Shown here in pieces: positions 56,383-64,000 of a stretch of 64,000 nucleotides of DNA. The notes under the pieces were generated by a model. The model was not told where the DNA came from. It ran no database searches and was given only the letters and a program-made list of their open reading frames with translations. The translations under genes were made by a program, and so were the position numbers. Source of the stretch: a bacterium (GTDB lineage: Bacteria; RBG-13-61-14; DATKZS01). The stretch covers positions 192,001 to 256,000 of the forward strand of contig CAXXFL010000007.1 of NCBI GenBank assembly GCA_963674965.2, written 5' to 3'. Numbering within the stretch: the first letter of the stretch is position 1; each line of letters begins with the position of its first letter.

Positions 56383-57220
56383 GGGCCTTTGCCTCCTCCT
56401 CGGTCAGCCCGGCCACGATAATGCCGAGGTCGTTGGCCCTCTGGATCACCTTCCCCTTTTCCACCATGAGCACCATCCCGGCCTCGACCGCTAAAAGGGC
56501 CGCGTTCGAGGCCCTCATGGTCTCGATGGTCTCGATGCCCACGGCGGGAACGTCGAAGCGGAGGTCCTGGCCGGGCTTGGCCACCTTGACCACGCATACC
56601 CCGCCCTTGCCCAGCTCGGACCCGCGCCTGATGGCCTGGTCCGTGCCCTCGACGGCCTCGACCGCCATGACGGCCCCGTTCTTGACCACCACCGTCTGCC
56701 CCACGTCGAGGCCTCCCATGGCCTTGGCCATGTGGAAGCCGAACCTTACGTCCTTCATCTGGTGGGGCTCGGGCTTCTTGTCCGTCAGCTCGCCCGAGGG
56801 CGCCAGATGATCGCCCAGGAAGTCGGTCACCTTGAGGACCTTTATCCCGTACTCCTCCAGGGTATCCAGGAGTTTTTTCATCATGGTGTCCACGCGCCGG
56901 TCAGGCAGCTGCCGCCACAGCTCGAGGGCCAGGTCGTCGAACTTGGGCGCGCCGACGACGACGCTGGTCTGGGTTACGCCTCCGATGGTCACGGCTTTGT
57001 CGTATCCGAGTTCCTTGATTTTTTCCAGGAGAGAGCTGATCTGGATGAAGGGCACGTGAAAGAGCTCGTCCACCTCCTCGGCCAGTTTGGGAGACATGAC
57101 GCCCTCGAAACCGAAGGCCCCCACGGCGTATCCCTTCTGTCGGGCGGCCCTGGCCACCAGGGCCGGAAGGCTTCCGGAACCGGCGAGGATCGCCAGTTTG
57201 TCAGTCCCGGTAGACGCCAC
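56375..57220 (-). CDS. lpxI: UDP-2,3-diacylglucosamine diphosphatase LpxI
   Basis: LAILAGSGSLP, LDVGQTVVV, AVEAVEGTD, VKVAKPGQDLRFDVPAVG, LAVEAG. Confidence 0.92.
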   Translation of the reverse strand: MASTGTDKLAILAGSGSLPALVARAARQKGYAVGAFGFEGVMSPKLAEEVDELFHVPFIQISSLLEKIKELGYDKAVTIGGVTQTSVVVGAPKFDDLALELWRQLPDRRVDTMMKKLLDTLEEYGIKVLKVTDFLGDHLAPSGELTDKKPEPHQMKDVRFGFHMAKAMGGLDVGQTVVVKNGAVMAVEAVEGTDQAIRRGSELGKGGVCVVKVAKPGQDLRFDVPAVGIETIETMRASNAALLAVEAGMVLMVEKGKVIQRANDLGIIVAGLTEEEAKAHD

Positions 57221-57980
57221 GGCTTGAACCCCGAATGAACTCGATCACGTGACCCACCTCGGGCACGCTCGAGAACTCGCCCTCGGCCTGGGCCAGGCCC
57301 TCCTCGAGGCTGAGTCCTTTTTTGAAGATCAGGCGGTAGGCTCGGCGGAGCTTCTTTCTGGACTCCTCGTCCATGCCGATGCGCCTTAATCCCACCCTGT
57401 TCAGGCCCGCGAACTTGATGGGTTCCCCCCCCACCAGCGCGAAGGGAGGAGCGTCCTTGCTCAGCTTGGCCCCGGCCCCTATCATCACCGCCCGGCCCAC
57501 CCGGCAGTGCTGATGGACGGCCGTAAACCCGCCCAGGACCGCGTCGTCCTCCACCTCCACGTGGCCGGCCAGGGTCGAGAGATTGGCCATGATGACGCGG
57601 TCGCCCACCTTGCAATCGTGGGCCACGTGACAGCCGATCATGATGAAGCAGTCGTTGCCTATCCTGGTCACGCCGCCGCCCTCCAGGGTGCCCCTGTTGA
57701 TAGTGGAGTACTCCCGAATCCTGTTGCCGTCTCCTATCTCGACCCTGGTTTCCTCGCCTTTATAGTTCACGTGCTGCGGCTCGGTCCCTATCGATGCGAA
57801 AGGGCCTATCTTGTTTTTCTTTCCCATGGAGACGAGGCCCTCGATGACGGCGTGGGGACCTATTTCCGTCCCGTCGCCGATGACGACCTTGTCCCCGATA
57901 ACGGCAAAAGGACCGATCTTGACGTCCGCGCCGATTACGGCGCCGTCCGCCACCGCGGCCCTGGTGTCGATCCCGGACAT
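57201..57980 (-). CDS. lpxA: Acyl-ACP--UDP-N-acetylglucosamine O-acyltransferase
   Basis: Hexapeptide repeats, GTEPQH, NRIREYSTINRGT, HVAHDC, LAGHV, VHQ, DAPPF, GLNRVGLRR. Confidence 0.95.
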   Translation of the reverse strand: MSGIDTRAAVADGAVIGADVKIGPFAVIGDKVVIGDGTEIGPHAVIEGLVSMGKKNKIGPFASIGTEPQHVNYKGEETRVEIGDGNRIREYSTINRGTLEGGGVTRIGNDCFIMIGCHVAHDCKVGDRVIMANLSTLAGHVEVEDDAVLGGFTAVHQHCRVGRAVMIGAGAKLSKDAPPFALVGGEPIKFAGLNRVGLRRIGMDEESRKKLRRAYRLIFKKGLSLEEGLAQAEGEFSSVPEVGHVIEFIRGSSRGVYRD

Positions 57981-58047
57981 GATATCCTCCTGGTTTTTCC
58001 GGAGACGCCTACAATCCGGCGCCTCCTTATCCTCCGACTTGGCGGCC

Positions 58048-58671
58048 CTACTTGTCCAGTTCCTTTATAACCTCGTCGGTAATGTCGAAGGCCGGGTCAC
58101 GATAGATGATGGGATTGAAATTGGGCAGGTTCGAGGCGGGCGGAGACACGTCCAGGACAAGGCAGTACCCGCCCTTCTTTCCGATTTCCTCCATCACCTT
58201 ATTGAGATCGTCCTCCAGCGGCTTGAGGGTCTCGTTCTTCTTGGCGTTAAGGTCCTCTTGTATCTTGGCCCTCTCGATCTGCAACTCGTTAAGCTTGTTG
58301 TTGTACTGGCTTTGCATGGTCTGAAGCTCGAGGTTTTTATTGGCCCTGGTGTACTGGTCCCAGAGCTGGCCCTTCTGGATGATCTCCTCGGAAAGGGAGG
58401 AGATTTTTTTCTGCATCTCCTCGAGCTGTTTCTGTTTGGTCTTGAGAGGGGCAAAGGCCTTGTCCTTCTCCGCCTCCAGCGACTCTTTTACCTTAATGCC
58501 GGCCTTGCTCTCCTCGAGCACCCTCTGGAGGTTGACGAAGCCCACCTTGCAAACCGCCTGAGGAGCGGGGGCCGCGGCGTCCTGGGCCCGGGCCCCGAGC
58601 GAGGCCAGACACCCGGCCAGGACAATAATAAAAGCAAGCGACAATCCTTTTATTCCATGATTCATTTGCAT
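58048..58671 (-). CDS. skp: Periplasmic chaperone Skp/OmpH
   Basis: Signal peptide, KVGFVNLQRVL, long coiled coil, LVLD...IIY....DITDEVIK; directly after bamA; AGGAAGG SD. Confidence 0.85.
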   Translation of the reverse strand: MQMNHGIKGLSLAFIIVLAGCLASLGARAQDAAAPAPQAVCKVGFVNLQRVLEESKAGIKVKESLEAEKDKAFAPLKTKQKQLEEMQKKISSLSEEIIQKGQLWDQYTRANKNLELQTMQSQYNNKLNELQIERAKIQEDLNAKKNETLKPLEDDLNKVMEEIGKKGGYCLVLDVSPPASNLPNFNPIIYRDPAFDITDEVIKELDK

Positions 58672-58734
58672 TTCGCACCTTCCTTTCAATGTTTTCGCCT
58701 CGATGGGCCGGACGATTTCAACCGGCCGACCTCC

Positions 58735-61053
58735 CTACAGGGAGTTTCCCACGGAGAACACGAACTGACTGGGCCTGTCGTTATCTCTCGGGGTCAGCGG
58801 GTAGGCGAGCTCGAACCTGAGCGGCCCCATGGGCGACATCCATCTCAGCCCGAATCCCCAGTCCTGGAGGAGGTTCGTGAGGTCCATTTCCTCGCCGTCG
58901 TTATAAACGTTACCCGCGTCGTAGAACACGGCGAACTTCATGCCCAGGGCGTCGGAAAGCGGTATCAGGTACTCGGCCGTGAACATCGCCTCTTTATTTC
59001 CGCCGATGGGGGTCCGGACCGACTCGCTCTCCTGGAAAAAGGGGCTTACCGAGGCTATCTCGTATCCCCTGAGGCTCTTGGCCCCGCCCAGGAAATACCG
59101 CTCCGATATAAGCAGGTCGTCGCCCCCGTCGTAGCTCATGAAGCGGACCCTGCCTCGAAGCCCCATGTACGACTTGCCCCAGACGGGCTGGTAGTACCAG
59201 ACCTCGTTCCTGGTCTTGATAAAGTCCTTGTTGCCCCCGAACCAGTCGTATCCCGCGATCTCGATCGAGTTCAGCATCCGACTGCCGTCGGTGGGGTCTA
59301 TGTAGTTGTTAAGGGCGTTCCTGTCCAGGGAGAAGCTGACCCGTCCAATGTACATGTTCGAGGGCTGGAGCCGGTATATGGTGTCCTCATCCTCGAGGCT
59401 CTCAAGGTCCACGACGTTCACCGAATAAGAGGTGTAAAAACGAGTGTACTCGAGATGGGGAATGCGCCGGCCCAGGGTCACGCTCGCGCCCTGCCTCTTG
59501 TCCACGAACTCGACGTAGTAGTTCTCGGTCGAAAACACGTCGAAGCCGAAGTACCAGTTCGAGTCCAGGAAATAGGGGTCCGCGTACTTGATATAGTAAG
59601 TCTGGGTCTTGTCGCTAATCTGGGTCTGAAAGGTTATATCCACGCCCCGGCCCAGGAAGTTCGACTGCTGATAGGAGGCGGTGAAGAAATATTCCTCCGC
59701 CGTGGACACGCCCGCCCCGGCGGAAAAGGAACCGCTGCTTTTCTCCTCGACCGCCGCGTCCAGCTTGATGCGGTTGGGCTCGGAACCGGGCCGGGCGATA
59801 AGCTGGACGTCGGAGAAGAACCCCAGCCGGTTGACCCTGGCCTCGCTCCTTTTCGCCTCCCCCGTCGAGTAGAGCTGCCCCTCCTTGATGGTAAGCTCCC
59901 GACGTATTACCTTGTCATGCGTCTTGTAATTTCCCGCCGGCTCGATCCTCTCGACGTATACCTTGGCGCCTTTCCTGACCCGCCAGGTCAGGTTGGCGAT
60001 ACGGTTTTCCCGGTCCAGGTCCAGATCGGGAACTATCTCGGCCAGGGCGTATCCCTCGTTGCCGTAGTGGTCGGCCAGATATTGCTGGTCCTTGAAGAAA
60101 AGGCTTTTCCTGAATATCTCGCCCTCCTCGAGGGAGAACCCGTCCAGGACCTTTTGCTTGGGCACGATGAGGTCTCCCTGGATATCGATCTTTCCTACCC
60201 TGTATTGTGGTCCCTCCACCACGCCTATCCCAAGGAGAACGTTCTTTTTATCCTCCGTCAAAAGCTTTTCAGGCTCGGTAAAGGTCGACTCGAGGTATCC
60301 ATTGTCCTCGTAGTAAAAATCCAGAACGTACTGGTCCCGAAGGAAATCCTCCCTGCTGTACTTGGAGGCCGTGACTATGCCCTCGGGCTTGGTCGTCATT
60401 CTTCTTCTCAGGTCCCGGTCGGAGATGTTCTCGTTGCCGAATATCTTTACGTCCTTGACCGTGGGCTTCTTGCCCTCATTGGCCACGAAGGTCACGTCCA
60501 CCATGTTGGGGCCCGACTTCTCGACGCGGACGTCAACGGTGGCCATGAAGTGTCCCCGCGAGGCGTACTCGTCCAGCAACTTGCCCCGGATGACCGAAAG
60601 CTTGGCCGGATCGTACACGGACCTCTCCTTGATATCCACGATGCCGGCCAGGTCCTCCTCGTTTAAAGCCTTGGTCCCCTCGTATTTGATCTTCCGGATG
60701 ATGGGCTTTTCCACCACGATATAGGTCAGCACCACTCCTGACCGGAGAAGGCCGGAATCGTAGCTTTTCTCGACCGTCACGTCCCTTACGAAACCTGACT
60801 TGTAAAGAGCCCGTATGTCCTCCGAGACCTGGTCCGCCGAATACTCCTTGCCCTCACGGGAACCGATAAAGGAACGGACCGTCTCCTCTTCGAGCGCCCG
60901 GTTGCCCTCGACCCGGATATCCGAGATTATCTCGGCCATGGACCTCGAACCAAGCCCCAATACCATAATGGCGAGAACGATGGGTAACATCCTCGCCATG
61001 GCGGGCGTTCCCCACGAGAACGCCCGGATCATGTTTTTCTTTTCCAACTTCAA
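58735..61053 (-). CDS. bamA: Outer membrane protein assembly factor BamA
   Basis: POTRA repeats (IRVEGN, IKIFGN-like, GNYKTHDKVIRRE), RLGFFS, SNFLGRG, FLGGAKSLRGY, FYDAGN, WMSPMGPLRF. Exact start is uncertain. Confidence 0.93.
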   Translation of the reverse strand: MKLEKKNMIRAFSWGTPAMARMLPIVLAIMVLGLGSRSMAEIISDIRVEGNRALEEETVRSFIGSREGKEYSADQVSEDIRALYKSGFVRDVTVEKSYDSGLLRSGVVLTYIVVEKPIIRKIKYEGTKALNEEDLAGIVDIKERSVYDPAKLSVIRGKLLDEYASRGHFMATVDVRVEKSGPNMVDVTFVANEGKKPTVKDVKIFGNENISDRDLRRRMTTKPEGIVTASKYSREDFLRDQYVLDFYYEDNGYLESTFTEPEKLLTEDKKNVLLGIGVVEGPQYRVGKIDIQGDLIVPKQKVLDGFSLEEGEIFRKSLFFKDQQYLADHYGNEGYALAEIVPDLDLDRENRIANLTWRVRKGAKVYVERIEPAGNYKTHDKVIRRELTIKEGQLYSTGEAKRSEARVNRLGFFSDVQLIARPGSEPNRIKLDAAVEEKSSGSFSAGAGVSTAEEYFFTASYQQSNFLGRGVDITFQTQISDKTQTYYIKYADPYFLDSNWYFGFDVFSTENYYVEFVDKRQGASVTLGRRIPHLEYTRFYTSYSVNVVDLESLEDEDTIYRLQPSNMYIGRVSFSLDRNALNNYIDPTDGSRMLNSIEIAGYDWFGGNKDFIKTRNEVWYYQPVWGKSYMGLRGRVRFMSYDGGDDLLISERYFLGGAKSLRGYEIASVSPFFQESESVRTPIGGNKEAMFTAEYLIPLSDALGMKFAVFYDAGNVYNDGEEMDLTNLLQDWGFGLRWMSPMGPLRFELAYPLTPRDNDRPSQFVFSVGNSL

Positions 61054-61075
61054 TACCGCCCGTTACAACTTAAAC

Positions 61076-61104
61076 AAGTTACCAGCATTCCACTTTTAAC
61101 GCAA
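61076..61104 (-). promoter_or_regulatory. Putative sigma70-type promoter of the bamA-lipid A operon
   Basis: Minus strand TTGCGT-N17-TAACTT with an extended -10 TG. Confidence 0.45.
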
Positions 61105-61224
61105 GCTTATCGCCCTTGTCTCCATGACGCGGGGCGGCCCGATCAAGGTCCATATTGCTCGCGCCAGGGTATTTGATTCCCCTGAGCCAAAAGCGTTCCA
61201 TTTTACCGCTTCCTTAGTAAAGTC

Positions 61225-61264
61225 AAAGGGCGGACCCGGTCCCCACCCGGTTCCCGGCCCGCCC
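61225..61264 (-). terminator. Probable intrinsic terminator after trpB2
   Basis: Minus strand GGGCGGGCCGG...CCGGGTCCGCCC followed by TTT, just after the stop codon. Confidence 0.45.
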
Positions 61265-61280
61265 AATAACAACATAATTA

Positions 61281-62639
61281 TTAGAGGTTTACCTGAGGAA
61301 GCTTCTTCAGGGCCTCCTCGATGGCTTTCTCCGGATGCTCGTAGTCCTCCATCTTGCCCGAAAGATAATAATCATAGGAGGCAAGATCGAAATGTCCGTG
61401 ACCGGAGGCGTTGAAGAGTATGACCCTTTCCTTTCCCTCTTCCTTGGCCTTATTGGCCTCCTCGATCGCGGCCTTGACCGCGTGGGCCGTCTCCGGCGCC
61501 ACCACGTGTCCCTCGGTCTTGGCGAAGAGCATGGCCGCGTCGAAGACCTCGGTCTGATGGTAGGCCACCGCCTCGATCAGGTTCTCGTGCACGAGCTGGC
61601 TGATGATGGGAGCGTCTCCATGGTAGCGAAGTCCACCCGCGTGGATGCCGGCCGGCACGAAGTCGTGTCCCAGCGTGTACATCTTGGCGATGGGCGCCAT
61701 CTTGGCCGTGTCGCCGTAGTCGAAGGCGTAAACGCCCTTGGTCAAGGTCGGGCATGCCGCCGGCTCCACCGCCACTCCCCTGACTTCCTTGCCGTTTATC
61801 TTGTCGTACATGAAGGGAGCGACCATGCCTCCGTAATTGGAGCCGCCGCCGCAGCATCCGATAACCACGTCCGGGTAATCGCCGACCATCTCGAGCTGCT
61901 TTTTGCTCTCGAGCCCTATTACCGTCTGATGCAGGATAACGTGGTTGAGCACGCTGCCCAGGGCGTAGTGGGTGTCGTCGCGGGTGGCCGCGTCGAACAC
62001 GGCCTCGCTGATGGCTATGCCCAGGCTGCCCAGGCTGTCGGGGTCCTGGGCCAGGATGGCCTTGCCCGGCTCGGTGAGGTCAGAGGGGCTGGGAACGACC
62101 TTGCCGCCCCAGGTCTCCATAATGATACGGCGGTAGGGCTTCTGGTTATAGCTCACCTTGACCATGTAGACCATGATCTCGATGCCCATCAACATGCCGG
62201 CAAAGGAAAGAGCGCTTCCCCATTGTCCCGCGCCCGTCTCGGTCGCCAGTCGCTTAACTCCCTCTTTTTTATTGAAATAAGCCTGGGCCACCGCCGTGTT
62301 GGGCTTGTGCGATCCCGCGGGGCTGACTCCTTCCCACTTGTAGTATATCTTGGCCGGCGTGCCCAGCGCTTTCTCCAGGCTCTCCGCCCTGACCAGCGGG
62401 GAGGGACGCCAGATTTTAAGAATGTTGAGTACTTCCTCGGGGATTTTGATCCACCGCTCCATGCTGACTTCCTGCTCGATAAGTCCCATGGGAAAAAGGG
62501 GCGCCAGGTCGTCGGGCGTCACCGGCTGGAGAGTTCCCGGATGCAGAACCGGCGTTGGTCCTCCCGGAAGGTCGGGAAGGATGTTGTACCATTCCGTGGG
62601 CATATCCGATTCATTCAGAAAAATTTTCTTGACCGCCAT
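61281..62639 (-). CDS. trpB2: TrpB2-type tryptophan synthase beta chain-like PLP enzyme
   Basis: [90 protein letters not shown] before ATG 62639. Confidence 0.93.
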   Translation of the reverse strand: MAVKKIFLNESDMPTEWYNILPDLPGGPTPVLHPGTLQPVTPDDLAPLFPMGLIEQEVSMERWIKIPEEVLNILKIWRPSPLVRAESLEKALGTPAKIYYKWEGVSPAGSHKPNTAVAQAYFNKKEGVKRLATETGAGQWGSALSFAGMLMGIEIMVYMVKVSYNQKPYRRIIMETWGGKVVPSPSDLTEPGKAILAQDPDSLGSLGIAISEAVFDAATRDDTHYALGSVLNHVILHQTVIGLESKKQLEMVGDYPDVVIGCCGGGSNYGGMVAPFMYDKINGKEVRGVAVEPAACPTLTKGVYAFDYGDTAKMAPIAKMYTLGHDFVPAGIHAGGLRYHGDAPIISQLVHENLIEAVAYHQTEVFDAAMLFAKTEGHVVAPETAHAVKAAIEEANKAKEEGKERVILFNASGHGHFDLASYDYYLSGKMEDYEHPEKAIEEALKKLPQVNL

Positions 62640-62902
62640 AATCTCCTCCATTCTCTTTATTGTCGTTAAATTCCTCGATCGCGCCTTGGCGCGGACTTAG
62701 CCCTCCCATGTCCTGGAAAAGCGAGGCTAAAGTACGTGGATTTTTCAGGGCTTCACCATCGCCATCGCCGGCGAAGGATAATATAGGGACCTTGCCAAGA
62801 CGCAAGGTTAACTCGTTTTCGATCGTGCTTTCCGATGTTCATAACGGGGCCATATTCATTACAAAACTGGCCGGCCCGGCCTTAATGGAAGAGGCCGGAC
62901 AA

Positions 62903-63751
62903 TCAGCCTTTGATAAGGACCAGGTCTCCTTTTTTGGAATCGAGCTTCTCTCCCAGATGGTCGCACTTAACGTTGAACATGAAGAAGAACCGCTCTCCCC
63001 TTCCCTCGAGGGCCTCGTAACTGGCCTGTCCCTTGGCGATGACGAGGTCGGCGCTTTCGAGGGCCTTTTGGAACATGCCTTCTCCCACGCCCGGGACTAC
63101 CCCCGCGAAGTTGGTTCCCGTCTCGATGACCCTGCCCACTTTTTCGAGGCCCACCTGTTTTGCGTCCTCCATGGTGGCGTCCATGGCCACGGGCCCGGAC
63201 TTGACGGCGGCAAGGACCATCTTTCCGTGGGCCTTAAGGCCCTCTAAAAGCACGCGGTCCAGGACCATCTCGCCCGCGTTGTCCAGGATATAAAGTATCC
63301 TTCCCGCCCCGGCCAGGGCGGCCTCGAGATCGGAAAAATCGAACCTCGTCACGCCGTCGCCAAAAGCCTTTTCCAAGGCGGCCTCGAGTTCGTCATTGTC
63401 CCTGACTCCCATGTCAAGGCAACTGCCGGCCAGGGCCAGCCTGAAGGCGGCCTCGAGCTTGTTCTCCGCCGACTTGATCCTGCCCAGCAGGGACGGAAGC
63501 GCGGCCATGACCTTTTCGTTGGCCTCCCGTTTCATATCGGCGTAAAGGTCGGGCCTGCCCGCGACCTGGGCCACCTTGTGAAGGATAAGGCTCACGTTGT
63601 AAGCCGGAGGCTTTTCTTTATCCAGATCGGCCAGAACGGAAGCGGCCTGAGTGTAGGCCGCCCAGCGCTCGTCTTCATCCTCAATCGCGAATAATATAGT
63701 TTTGTTAAGCTGCTCCAGGAAACAAGGAAAACAACTGCTGTCGGACTTCAT
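62903..63751 (-). CDS. Damage-control phosphatase, DUF89/ARMT1 family
   Basis: CFPC N-terminus, DLYADMK, YILDNAGEMVLD, DAT, IAKGQ.SYE, VKC. Confidence 0.8.
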   Translation of the reverse strand: MKSDSSCFPCFLEQLNKTILFAIEDEDERWAAYTQAASVLADLDKEKPPAYNVSLILHKVAQVAGRPDLYADMKREANEKVMAALPSLLGRIKSAENKLEAAFRLALAGSCLDMGVRDNDELEAALEKAFGDGVTRFDFSDLEAALAGAGRILYILDNAGEMVLDRVLLEGLKAHGKMVLAAVKSGPVAMDATMEDAKQVGLEKVGRVIETGTNFAGVVPGVGEGMFQKALESADLVIAKGQASYEALEGRGERFFFMFNVKCDHLGEKLDSKKGDLVLIKG

Positions 63752-64000
63752 ATTCGGCTCCTTCCCCCCGCGGCTAACTCGCCGAATCGGCCAACCGGGC
63801 CAAATCGGCTTTGCCCTGCGCGCTAGTTACGTTAAACCCCCGCCATATCTCCATAATTATCGAGGATGTATAAACATAAACCAAACTCGCTCCAAGGTCA
63901 AGACCGGACAAGCCAAAGCATGAAAGAAACCGAGAGACAATTCCGGCGGCTCATGGAAACCACAATAACAACCAAGCCGGCCATGAACGCTGGATGACCC

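Noticed and set aside
58735-58764. BamA ends in ...FVFSVGNSL rather than a terminal Phe/Trp
   Set aside because: The rest of the beta-signal pattern is intact; a single-residue variant is too weak to interpret.
57811-60666. 951-aa plus-strand ORF antisense to bamA/skp/lpxA
   Set aside because: It is the codon-aligned antisense shadow of bamA and skp, which share a frame; rare TTA/CTA/TCA codons explain the lack of stops. No motifs or SD.
61335-62669. 444-aa plus-strand ORF
   Set aside because: Antisense shadow of trpB2.
61281-62902. trpB2 outside a trp operon; searched upstream for a Trp leader peptide or T-box
   Set aside because: Stand-alone trpB2 is normal, and no Trp-rich leader or T-box motif was seen.
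63920-63997. 25-codon ORF MKETERQFRRLMETTITTKPAMNAG at the window edge
   Set aside because: No SD, no motif and no downstream context.
1-64000. tRNA/rRNA genes, riboswitches, integrases, transposases, prophage genes
   Set aside because: None recognised in the intergenic gaps or ORF set by inspection; tRNAscan-SE and Infernal were not run.

Overview
A 64-kb window from a moderately GC-rich diderm bacterium. Gene content suggests an anaerobic Deltaproteobacteria-like lineage; this is inference from homologue-type genes, not a taxonomic search. About 45 CDSs are present; no rRNA, tRNA, CRISPR array, integrase or transposase was recognised. The window opens inside a giant (>3,240 aa, 5'-truncated) acidic extracellular protein. 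It carries Ca-binding DxDxDG repeats, two WTGSE[F/Y]G beta-propeller-like blocks, Ig/Fn3-like modules, a C13/caspase-fold protease domain with an intact His-Cys dyad, and a dockerin-like duplicated motif. Next come metabolic and housekeeping genes: FabK/NMO-like flavoprotein, hotdog thioesterase, core (folate-independent) methionine synthase, small siroheme/4Fe-4S protein, RND pair, thiD, ADP-forming acyl-CoA synthetase alpha, toast-rack protein, PspA, ychF, and nadK-recN-pmbA-PP2C-Ser/Thr kinase. Also present are an MshEN protein, scattered surface-glycan genes, a low-GC two-gene islet, a CTERM-sorted surface protein with an MXAN_2562-like beta-barrel, truA, and a TRAP Q/M pair with no DctP. 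A long minus-strand envelope operon (bamA-skp-lpxA-lpxI-gnnA-msbA-lpxK-lpxL-lpxL-moxR) is followed by trpB2 and a DUF89 phosphatase. The most unusual signals are: (i) frame-independent over-representation of the palindrome CTCGAG, HIP1-like and apparently absent from low-GC segments; (ii) the giant protease/dockerin surface protein with mosaic base composition; (iii) a lipid A operon lacking lpxD/fabZ/lpxB/waaA whose two LpxL paralogues both have Thr at the catalytic Glu position; (iv) the CTERM protein/beta-barrel pair; (v) a nested-inverted-repeat element after ychF. All functional calls come from motif recognition by eye.
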